DNA of 49,783 nt from a bacterium. GTDB taxonomy: Bacteria > Planctomycetota > UBA1135 > GCA-002686595. The translations under genes were made by a program, and so were the position numbers. Position 1 is the stretch's first letter. Each line of letters begins with the position of its first letter. Of this stretch, positions 42,733 through 49,783 are shown piece by piece. The notes beneath the pieces are model-generated. The model saw nothing but the letters and a program-made list of their open reading frames with translations, was not told the origin of the DNA and did not search any database. The DNA lies in contig JAUHXY010000001.1 in assembly GCA_030426785.1 (NCBI GenBank), forward strand, positions 1-49,783, read 5' to 3'.

Positions 42733-43728
42733 ATGGCGAATCGCAAGACGTTCGAAGGCTGGGAAACTTGGTGGGACGATGCGGCCCCCCTGCGGCTTGG
42801 TGTTTCGTCCTGTTTGCTGGGGGAGACCGTGCGCTACGACGGCGGTCACTGCCGCAATAACTTCGTGGTGGATACCTTGGGGCCCAAAACCGATTGGGTC
42901 GCGGTGTGCCCCGAGATGGGCATCGGCATGCCGAGCCCGCGCCCGACGATTCGTTTGCAGGAAGGAGCGGGCGGTGTGCGCCTCGTCGAGCCGAAGTCCG
43001 GCACGGACCACACCGACGCGATGCGCGCGTTTGCGCAAGCCAAGCTGCGCGCCTTGCAGCCCGACACCTTGGACGGTTACGTCGTGAAGAAGAACTCGCC
43101 TTCTTGCGGGCTCGAGCGCTTGCCGATTTACGCGGGCGAGATGAAAGCGAGTAAGGACGGCGTCGGGATCTTCACGGCGTACTTGCAAGAGCACTACCCC
43201 GACCTGCCCATCGAAGAGGAAGGTCGGTTGAACGACCCGCGTTTGCGCGAAGCGTTCATCGAGCGCATTTTCTGCCGCAACCGCTGGCGTCGCGCCGCGG
43301 CGGCGGGCTGGACGCGTCAGAAACTCGTCGCGTTCCACACCGCGCACAAAATGCTCCTTTGGGCCCACAACGAAGCCATCTATCGGGAGCTCGGTGCGCT
43401 CGTGGGTCGGCTCGGACAAGGTCCCGATGAACCGATTTTCGAGGCCTACGGCGAGAAGTTCCTGCACTGCCTGCACAAAAAGGCCACGGTCAAGCGCCAC
43501 GTCAACGTGATGCAACACGCCATGGGCTACCTGAAGGACAAGCTGGAGCGGGCCGACAAAGAACACCTGAACAGCACCATCGAAGACTATCGCCAAGGGC
43601 TCGTGCCGCTGGTCGTGCCCTTGTCGTTGTTGCGCTTCAACATCCAGCAGCACCAAGTGGAGTACCTCATGCAGCAACTCTACTTCGACCCGTTCCCCAA
43701 ACAGTGGGCGTTGCAGAACTACGTGTAG
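42733..43728 (+). CDS. ybgA: YbgA-like protein: DUF523 (TudS-like [4Fe-4S] desulfidase family) fused to DUF1722
   Basis: 331 aa from ATG 42733. The N-terminal DUF523-like part has three spaced Cys (VSSCLLG, VAVCPEMG, KNSPSCG). The C-terminal DUF1722-like helical part (…LVAFHTAHKMLLWAH…YRQGLVPLVVPLSLL…) follows. Confidence 0.85.
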   Translation: MANRKTFEGWETWWDDAAPLRLGVSSCLLGETVRYDGGHCRNNFVVDTLGPKTDWVAVCPEMGIGMPSPRPTIRLQEGAGGVRLVEPKSGTDHTDAMRAFAQAKLRALQPDTLDGYVVKKNSPSCGLERLPIYAGEMKASKDGVGIFTAYLQEHYPDLPIEEEGRLNDPRLREAFIERIFCRNRWRRAAAAGWTRQKLVAFHTAHKMLLWAHNEAIYRELGALVGRLGQGPDEPIFEAYGEKFLHCLHKKATVKRHVNVMQHAMGYLKDKLERADKEHLNSTIEDYRQGLVPLVVPLSLLRFNIQQHQVEYLMQQLYFDPFPKQWALQNYV

Positions 43729-43735
43729 GACCTCG

Positions 43736-45259
43736 ATGAAGCCGGTCGAAAACCGTATCAACGCCCGCGTTCGACGTGTTAACGAGGCTCCTTTGCGCGC
43801 CGCGAAGGACGGCGGGCGTTACGTGCTGTATTGGATGACGGCGAACCGCCGGCCGTCGTGGAACCACGCATTGGATCGAGCGCTGCACCACGCGAAGGAA
43901 CTCGATCAACCGATCTTCGTGTTCGAACCGCTGCGCGTGGGCTACCGCTGGGCCAACGATCGCATCCATCGTTTCGTGATGGACGGCATGCGCGACCATG
44001 CGGAAGCCTTCGAGAAGGCCAACGTGCGCTACTTTCCGTACGTGGAGCGCGAAGAGGGGCAGGGTGCTGGATTGCTGCAAGCCTTGGCCGCCAGCGCCAG
44101 CGTCGTGGTGACGGACGATTGGCCGCACTTTTTCTTGCCTCGCATGCTGCGCGCCGCCGCAAAGAAGCTCGATGTTTGCCTCGAAGCGGTGGATTCGGTG
44201 GGTCTTTGGCCCGTTTGGGGCGGCCCGAAGGGTTTCGACAAGCCCTTCAGCCGAGCCTTCGACTTTCGTCGCTTCCTCCAAAAGAACTTGGCGGAGCAAC
44301 TGCCCGACGTGCCGCAAGGCCGTCCTTGGCGCGGCTACGATCACGACAAAGCACGCTTGCCCGCGGGCATCGCCGATCGTTGGCCCGAAGCGACGGTTGG
44401 CTGGTTGCAGGACGAGGAGAGTTTGGCGGAATTGCCCATCGATCACGATGTGCCGCCGGCACCGACGCGCGGGGGCACGCGGGAAGCCCGGCGTTTTCTT
44501 AAGACCTTCCTCGAACGCCACCTCGACGGCTACCACGACCAACGCAACGACGTCAGTCAACCGACCACGAGCGGCTTGTCGCCGTTCCTGCACTTTGGAC
44601 ACCTTTCGTCCCACGAGATTCTGGCCGGGATTGCCCAGCGCGAGGGTTGGAGCCCTGCGAAGGCCGGTGCGACCGGACCGAAATCCGCCGGGGCACGCGA
44701 GGGATGGTGGGGCATGGGCCCGGGCGCCGAGGCCTTCCTCGATCAATTGGTGACCTGGCGCGAGCTGGGCTTCCACCGCAGCGCCTGGGACGCGGACTTT
44801 GGAGAGTACGCAGGCTTGCCCGATTGGGCCCGCGCCACCCTAGCCGAGCACGCGGACGATGCGCGCCCCGAAACCTACACCCTGCGGCCATTCGAGCGCG
44901 CCGAAACCCACGATGATCTGTGGAACGCGGCCCAGCGCCAATTGCTGCAGGAAGGCATCATCCACAACTACTTGCGCATGCTGTGGGGCAAGAAGATCCT
45001 GCACTGGTCCAAGTCGCCCGAGGAAGCCTTCCGCATCATGGTGCACCTCAACAACAAGTACGCCATCGATGGCCGCGACCCCAACTCCATGAGCGGCATC
45101 TCTTGGGTCCTGGGCCTGTTCGACCGCGCTTGGGGTCCCGAACGGCCCGTCTTCGGCAAAATTCGCTACATGTCCAGCGACAACACCCGCCGCAAGCTCA
45201 AGGTCAAGCCGTATCTGGAACGCTACGGCGCCGAGTCGAGCGAGTCGTTGTTTTCCTGA
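43736..45259 (+). CDS. phr: Class II CPD photolyase (deoxyribodipyrimidine photo-lyase)
   Basis: 507 aa; ATG lies 8 nt after the ybgA stop. Class II hallmarks are present: GRYVLYWMTANRR..WNHAL, LSPFLHFGHLSS, HDDLWNAAQ, HNYLRMLWGKKILHWS, YAIDGRDPNS..GISW..G.FDRAWGPERPVFGKIRYM. Confidence 0.92.
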   Translation: MKPVENRINARVRRVNEAPLRAAKDGGRYVLYWMTANRRPSWNHALDRALHHAKELDQPIFVFEPLRVGYRWANDRIHRFVMDGMRDHAEAFEKANVRYFPYVEREEGQGAGLLQALAASASVVVTDDWPHFFLPRMLRAAAKKLDVCLEAVDSVGLWPVWGGPKGFDKPFSRAFDFRRFLQKNLAEQLPDVPQGRPWRGYDHDKARLPAGIADRWPEATVGWLQDEESLAELPIDHDVPPAPTRGGTREARRFLKTFLERHLDGYHDQRNDVSQPTTSGLSPFLHFGHLSSHEILAGIAQREGWSPAKAGATGPKSAGAREGWWGMGPGAEAFLDQLVTWRELGFHRSAWDADFGEYAGLPDWARATLAEHADDARPETYTLRPFERAETHDDLWNAAQRQLLQEGIIHNYLRMLWGKKILHWSKSPEEAFRIMVHLNNKYAIDGRDPNSMSGISWVLGLFDRAWGPERPVFGKIRYMSSDNTRRKLKVKPYLERYGAESSESLFS

Positions 45260-45306
45260 GTGCGCTTCGGGGAAGTGAGTGTCGTTGGCCCCACGACATC
45301 ACCGGC

Positions 45307-46941
45307 CTATTCCGTGCGGCAGAAGCACGAACCGGGGATTTCGATGTCGGCTCTGGAGAAAGCTTCGTCGAAGCGTTTGCGGACCCGTTGGGCCTCCTGC
45401 GGGCGGCCGGTTTGCTGCAAGCACTCCGCCAAACCGTGCAGGGACCAGCCGTTTTCTGGGAAGCGTTGCAGGTCAGCTAGGTACACGGCTTCCGCTTCCT
45501 GGTAGCGACCCTGTTCGGTGAGCAGAGCTCCTAAGGCGTGGTTCGCCGGTTCCATCCAACCCCACGGCTCGTCGTAGTTCAGAGCCTTGTCGAGGTCTGC
45601 GGCTTTGCGCAGCAACCGGAAGGCCTCCTCGTGGTCTCCGCGGCGGTAAGCGATCTCGCCCGCGAGCACTTCCTGGGCGACGGCCAGGACGTCGGCGACC
45701 GAGTTGTTGAAAAGCAAGCGGGACTCAGGGACCTGGGCTTTGGCTTCCAAGAAGAGCGTTTGTTCGCGTTCGGCTTCGGCGACCTTCCCAAGGGACGCGT
45801 ACGCCACCCCGCGCGCATAGCGCCACACCGCGCGGGGGCCGAGCAGCTCAGCAGCCGGTTCCGGTTCCGCCAGAATCTCCTCCCACATCCCGAAACGCAC
45901 CATCACGTGCAGCGGGGTGGCCAAAAAGATCTCTACAAAGTCCGCAGCATCTTGCAGCAAAGGCGCGGGAATCTCCTGTTCGATCTGGCGGGCAGCCTCC
46001 ATGGCGATCGCTCGTTGACCGCTCCACATGCCGCCGTAGGCCACAAAATGATAGTTGTGGAGCCGATACAGGGTGTAGAAGTTCAAGCGACCGGCGTGCT
46101 CGACGTAGGCGCGATCTTTCGCAACGGCGACTTGGTTGACCCGCACGGCGTCCTGGTAGCGACCCGTCCAGATGTAGATGTGACTGGGCATGTGCACCAA
46201 ATGGCCGATGCCCGGCGTGAGGTCTTCGAGGCGTTCCGCCGCGGGAGTGGCAAGACCCACTTCCGGTCCGGCCTCCATGGTGTGAATGTAAAGGTGGCAC
46301 AAGGCTGGATGGTTCGGCCAGCGCTGCAAAGCGGGCTCGAGCACTGCACGAATCTCCGCCGTTTCGGGGGCGGGCTCCCCCTCGGGACTCCACAGCTTCC
46401 AAGGCCGCAACATCATCAGCGCCTCGGCCGTCAACGCAGCGACATCGGCGTCGTCGGGGAACGCTCGGTAGAGTTGCCGCATGGCTTCGGCATAGGCTTG
46501 GTCGAGGGGAGCCCGGTCTTGCGGCGTGCCGCTGGGCTGGCGCACCAGCGTGGCGGCGATCAATCCTCGCTCGACCGGAGTGCAGCGATCCTGCCATCGC
46601 TCGGCTTGGATCAGGGCGGCAAAGGACTGCTGCCAAGCCGCTTCGCTCATCTCCGGGTTGTTGTAGTTCGGCCCGAGCGCGTACGCGATGCCCCAGTAAG
46701 CCATCGCAAAGCCCGGATCGATCTGGGTTGCCTTCTGAAAGCAGGCGATGGCCTCTTCATGGTTGAAGCCAAAGCACAGCGCCAAGCCGCGGTCAAACCA
46801 CAACTGGGCCTCCGCGCTCTCCGTGCTAACGGGTCGGTGCACCTCCCCGATGTCGTAGTAGACCGGCGTCCGATCCGATGCCGTGGCTGCACAGCCGACG
46901 AGGGAGAGCGTGAGAACAAAAGGGCAGAGTTGGGAGATCAT
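45307..46941 (-). CDS. TPR-repeat lipoprotein
   Basis: 544 aa from ATG 46941. Lipobox MISQLCPFVLTLSLVGC. TPR-like helices run throughout (…EEAIACFQKATQIDPGFAMAYWGIAYAL…). The upstream 121 aa of the ORF-track version look non-coding. Confidence 0.8.
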   Translation of the reverse strand: MISQLCPFVLTLSLVGCAATASDRTPVYYDIGEVHRPVSTESAEAQLWFDRGLALCFGFNHEEAIACFQKATQIDPGFAMAYWGIAYALGPNYNNPEMSEAAWQQSFAALIQAERWQDRCTPVERGLIAATLVRQPSGTPQDRAPLDQAYAEAMRQLYRAFPDDADVAALTAEALMMLRPWKLWSPEGEPAPETAEIRAVLEPALQRWPNHPALCHLYIHTMEAGPEVGLATPAAERLEDLTPGIGHLVHMPSHIYIWTGRYQDAVRVNQVAVAKDRAYVEHAGRLNFYTLYRLHNYHFVAYGGMWSGQRAIAMEAARQIEQEIPAPLLQDAADFVEIFLATPLHVMVRFGMWEEILAEPEPAAELLGPRAVWRYARGVAYASLGKVAEAEREQTLFLEAKAQVPESRLLFNNSVADVLAVAQEVLAGEIAYRRGDHEEAFRLLRKAADLDKALNYDEPWGWMEPANHALGALLTEQGRYQEAEAVYLADLQRFPENGWSLHGLAECLQQTGRPQEAQRVRKRFDEAFSRADIEIPGSCFCRTE

Positions 46942-47111
46942 CGCTTGGATGGCGGTCGATTCTGCGGCAGGGACCGAAGTGTACAGCATCCGGGCCCATT
47001 CATGCGAAAGTGGACCAGCAGCCATGATTTCGCATCGAAAGCCACGCCAAGGGCCTTTGGCCGAATCGATTTCACTACGGGAAGTGGGGAGAACCATTCT
47101 AGCTGAGGGAG

Positions 47112-48479
47112 ATGGAGCTAGAATGCCACGCCACCGTTCTAAAACGCCGCTCTGATATGTACGCATTCGTTTGTCTTGCTGGATTCCTTGTTGCCTCTCC
47201 ACCGCTTGGATCAGGAGGGATGCCATCCGCTGAGGTATCGAGTCGCTATGCCATTCATCCCGAGCATGCACTCTCCGAACTGATGCTGGTCTTCGACCTG
47301 CCAAAGTCGTTGCCTTCCTTGGAAGCCGCTCAAGAGGTGTTGGAGAGCATTCAGGCTGGTGATGCCACCGAAGTTTCCGGTGGGTGGGCCGTGACCACTT
47401 CTGCAGGGCAGTGGCAACTCGCCATCACCGCATTCGACGAGGATTGGTCGAAAGAAATGATTCCCAAGGATCGCGTGCGCTTTCGGCCTCAAGAGGTGGA
47501 GCACATTGCGGGAGAGCGACTGGCCTTGCTCTTGTCCTCCGATCTGTCTGAGCAAGGATTGCCCGGCTTTCACCAGCAGATTCAAACTTTGGTGGCGACT
47601 GCCGAGTCCTTAGGGCTAAGCAACCCCATCGGAATGCGAGATCGGTCCGGGAATCGGTGGCACCCTCCGGGCTGGATTCATCGTATGGTCGAGAGCGAAG
47701 CTGGACCGTCGCCGACGATGACCTTTCACGCTCACGCGGTGTACGACGAGGACGAACAGGGCGAAAATCGCTACTGGATTCATTCCCATGGGGTGGCTCG
47801 TTTCACCGGCTTTGACGTCGGCTGCGTCGATGTTCGACCGGAACACTACGAAAGGGTGTCGAGCGTGGTGGAGTTGGCTGCGGCTTTTGCCGTCGACAAC
47901 TTGGAATGGCCAGCCGGGGAGCCGATGTCCTTCTTGTACGGTTTGGACCTAGCTCGTTTGCCTTGGCAGGAGGGTGTCAAAGCCTTGGCGCCCAGCGTCA
48001 TCGGGACGGCGGACGATTACGATGAGGAGCATACGCACCTGTCCCTCTTGGTGGTGCCTGACGGCGAAGGCTGGCAGGGGCCCGGCAAAGAGGTCTCCGC
48101 GTTGGAGAGCCTCGTGGCTTTGCGAACGACTCGAGAGTCCGAACGCGGTGCCCAGGCCGCCCGGGAAACCTATGGGGTCCTGCGCGATTGGCAGAGGAAT
48201 ACCGACGTCGCCCACCGAGTGCTCGTCAAGTCACCCATCACAACCGAGAGCGGAGACATCGAGCACTGCTGGTTCGAAGTCGACCGACTGAGTCGCTCAA
48301 GCCTGCGCGCTACCCTGATCAGCCAGCCGTGGGGGGAGACGGACGTGCAGCCGGGTGATACGTTGCGCCTCAAAGTGGCCGGCTTATCGGAGTGGTTGGT
48401 GCAACTCGAAACCGGCTCCTTCGGCCCCGATGAACTCGAGGCGTTGTTGGTGGCTACCGAAGTCGAAAAGGACCGGTAG
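47112..48479 (+). CDS. DUF4026-like + DUF2314 (YegJ-like) domain protein
   Basis: Up to 455 aa; the start is uncertain (ATG 47112, 47157 or 47220). The C-terminal ~110 aa carry the DUF2314-like pattern (VLVKSPITTESGDIEHCWFEV…ATLISQPWGETDVQPGDTLRLKVAGLSEW). The N-terminal assignment is from memory and weaker. Confidence 0.65.
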   Translation: MELECHATVLKRRSDMYAFVCLAGFLVASPPLGSGGMPSAEVSSRYAIHPEHALSELMLVFDLPKSLPSLEAAQEVLESIQAGDATEVSGGWAVTTSAGQWQLAITAFDEDWSKEMIPKDRVRFRPQEVEHIAGERLALLLSSDLSEQGLPGFHQQIQTLVATAESLGLSNPIGMRDRSGNRWHPPGWIHRMVESEAGPSPTMTFHAHAVYDEDEQGENRYWIHSHGVARFTGFDVGCVDVRPEHYERVSSVVELAAAFAVDNLEWPAGEPMSFLYGLDLARLPWQEGVKALAPSVIGTADDYDEEHTHLSLLVVPDGEGWQGPGKEVSALESLVALRTTRESERGAQAARETYGVLRDWQRNTDVAHRVLVKSPITTESGDIEHCWFEVDRLSRSSLRATLISQPWGETDVQPGDTLRLKVAGLSEWLVQLETGSFGPDELEALLVATEVEKDR

Positions 48480-48721
48480 TGAAGCCGCGCCGGCCAAGCC
48501 CATCGCTCGGATGTTTCGTGTCTTGGCTGCTTTTGACGGTTGCCGCGTCGATTTCGTTTCGTTTCGCGTACGCCTTGGCCCAGGACGATGCCCACTCCGG
48601 GTGGTTTTCTCCTTCCGCTTGGTGGCAATTCGTTTCCCGGCCCCCGGGCCTCTATTTTGCATTGGCAGCCTTCACCACGGCGGGCGTCGCCGCCTGGTGG
48701 TTACGCTGGCCGCGGCGGTGA
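48479..48721 (+). CDS. Small two-TM membrane protein (80 aa)
   Basis: The GTG start shares one base with the upstream stop (TAGTG, 48477-48481). Two hydrophobic helices (CFVSWLLLTVAASISFRFAYAL; LYFALAAFTTAGVAAWWL). Coding status is uncertain. Confidence 0.45.
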   Translation: MKPRRPSPSLGCFVSWLLLTVAASISFRFAYALAQDDAHSGWFSPSAWWQFVSRPPGLYFALAAFTTAGVAAWWLRWPRR

Positions 48722-48773
48722 ATTGAGGCTGACTGCATTTCAAGCAGAGCCCGAGTGAAGCCCCCTTGATTCG

Positions 48774-49337
48774 ATGAATGCGAAGCAAGAGTCACGGAAC
48801 CCATCGTTCCCATCCGATTCCAAGGATCGGCTTTGCCATGCGATGTATGGATTCTCTGCTGGAGCGACGGTCGTGGGTGTTGTCTTGCTGGATTGGGTCG
48901 GCGCGTCCAACGGCTTCGGACCCATGGTTCTCTTGGTTGGGCTCCTAGGGTCGATTTGGATGGGCCCAACCTTGGTGTTGGTGCTGAGCTACTCCATTTG
49001 GAGTAAGCGAACTCGACCCTTTGCGCTCCACTTTCTACTCGGAGCCCTGTTTGGTTTCGCTTGGGTGATCCACCAGGGGCCTGAGCAGATTCACGAAGCT
49101 CGCGAGCGCGGACTTCAAATCCGTAGCGCCCTCGTGGCGTACCAACGCGACCAGGGGCGTGTTCCCGAGTCCTTGCACGACTTGACTCCGGAGTACCTGA
49201 CCAAGGTTCCGAGAACCGGGTTAGGCTTCTTTCGCAACGTAGCCTTCGAGTACTACCCCGGCGCGCCTGGCATCGGCTTCACCTTTGGATTCAGCCACGA
49301 GTGGTTAAGTCTGAAAGGAGATTGGAGAGGCAGTTGA
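48774..49337 (+). CDS. Polytopic membrane protein (187 aa) with pseudopilin-G-like C-terminal segment
   Basis: ATG 48774 (alternative Met 24). Three to four TM helices. The soluble tail IRSALVAYQRDQGRVPESLHDLTPEYLTKVP resembles the GspG-type helix-loop motif. No family assigned. Confidence 0.55.
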   Translation: MNAKQESRNPSFPSDSKDRLCHAMYGFSAGATVVGVVLLDWVGASNGFGPMVLLVGLLGSIWMGPTLVLVLSYSIWSKRTRPFALHFLLGALFGFAWVIHQGPEQIHEARERGLQIRSALVAYQRDQGRVPESLHDLTPEYLTKVPRTGLGFFRNVAFEYYPGAPGIGFTFGFSHEWLSLKGDWRGS

Positions 49338-49403
49338 CCTTCGATGACACTTGTAGGTACAGGTCCTGAGGGGGTTGCGTCGCCCTCAGAATCGCCAACG
49401 GCC

Positions 49404-49658
49404 CTAAGAACCGGCTTTGGATCCGTTCGTTAGATAGGCTGCAAGAGGTAGCGCGGCTCCCCCCACGAACAATAGGATCGCGAGACCACAGTACTCCAAC
49501 CAATAATCCAGGGGCGATTCGTTGGCCATCGAAAGGTAGGGCCAACCGAACAAGAGGCCTGGCACTCCAAGCAGAACGACGGCTCCGAAGCCAAAGCGAA
49601 GCATCGAAGTCTTGAGTTGTTTGCGCTCCCACGCCTCAGATCTTTTGGACATGGCCAT
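49404..49658 (-). CDS. Small two-TM membrane protein (about 84 aa)
   Basis: ATG 49658 or 49652 (the ORF-track start 49667 is TTG). Two hydrophobic helices (FGFGAVVLLGVPGLLFGW; YCGLAILLFVGGAALPLAAYL). Confidence 0.45.
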   Translation of the reverse strand: MAMSKRSEAWERKQLKTSMLRFGFGAVVLLGVPGLLFGWPYLSMANESPLDYWLEYCGLAILLFVGGAALPLAAYLTNGSKAGS

Positions 49659-49677
49659 GGCCGGCAAAGTTGCGGGA

Positions 49678-49783
49678 TCACTTCCCCAAAGCGTCCAAAA
49701 CGGACTTGAGGGCCATGCCGTCGTTGAGGAGCTTCCAGAGCTGTTGGCCGGGAGTTTGGCGGGCGAAGTGGGTGAAGCGGCCG
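49678..49783 (-). CDS. 3' end of an unidentified CDS running off the window
   Basis: The minus-strand frame is open from the window edge to TGA (49678-49680): ...GRFTHFARQTPGQQLWKLLNDGMALKSVLDALGK*. It is too short to assign. Confidence 0.3.
   Translation of the reverse strand, partial: GRFTHFARQTPGQQLWKLLNDGMALKSVLDALGK

Noticed and set aside
42691-44776. 356-aa and 369-aa minus-strand ORFs (42691..43761, 43667..44776)
   Set aside because: They are antisense to the YbgA-like and photolyase genes, which are unambiguous. This is a high-GC antisense artefact.
45538-47106. 522-aa + strand ORF
   Set aside because: It is antisense to the TPR lipoprotein gene and has no motifs.
1-49783. Scan for CRISPR arrays, tRNA/rRNA/tmRNA genes, transposases, integrases, phage genes, toxin-antitoxin pairs and known defence-system proteins
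   Set aside because: By eye I found no regularly spaced direct repeats and no cloverleaf-like sequences in the intergenic gaps, all of which are 320 bp or shorter. No ORF carried transposase, integrase, nuclease, ATPase or defence signatures. A computational scan (tRNAscan-SE, Infernal/Rfam, minced, ISfinder, DefenseFinder/PADLOC) is needed to confirm the negative.

Overview
49.8-kb, high-GC (roughly 60-65% by eye, not computed), densely coding bacterial chromosomal segment with about 50 CDS. I recognised no rRNA, tRNA, CRISPR array, transposase, integrase or phage gene. All family calls come from reading the translated ORFs and recalling motifs, not from database searches. Many starts are non-ATG or ambiguous, because the ORF track renders TTG/GTG starts as M.

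Recognisable anchors:
- ppx (partial), convergent with and overlapping ppk1
- archaeal-type proS
- a YCII/DGPF plus ECF42-type sigma factor pair
- a DUF1858-rhodanese / MarR / DoxX / YgiD cluster
- dps
- a TRAP transporter split into a lone dctP and a distant dctQM
- fetB-like permease
- a YtxH stress trio
- a GH109-like oxidoreductase
- an SGNH hydrolase
- a YbgA-like (DUF523+DUF1722) gene immediately upstream of a class II CPD photolyase

The rest is mostly exported or membrane proteins, several with eukaryote-like adhesion domains (CRTAC1/ASPIC-UnbV, FG-GAP, spondin_N+CHRD, carboxypeptidase-regulatory-like repeats) or with no recognisable domain.

I found no canonical defence or toxin system. 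The best candidates for something undescribed are:
1. A roughly 10-kb, six-gene co-directional string (TPR, CRTAC1-like, APC permease fused to EIIA-Ntr-like and TrkA_C domains, two unknowns) ending in ppk1.
2. dctQM tightly coupled to a GT-C/DUF2142-like membrane protein and a repeat-bearing bitopic protein.
3. A MarR-DoxX-exported YgiD unit bracketed by two copies of a 14-bp AT-rich palindromic element, next to a DUF1858-rhodanese fusion.
4. The TudS-like/DUF1722-class II photolyase pair.
5. A block of domain-less exported proteins at 39.3-42.7 kb.
6. A possibly lower-GC accessory islet of small membrane proteins at 47-49.8 kb.

All functional links are inference.
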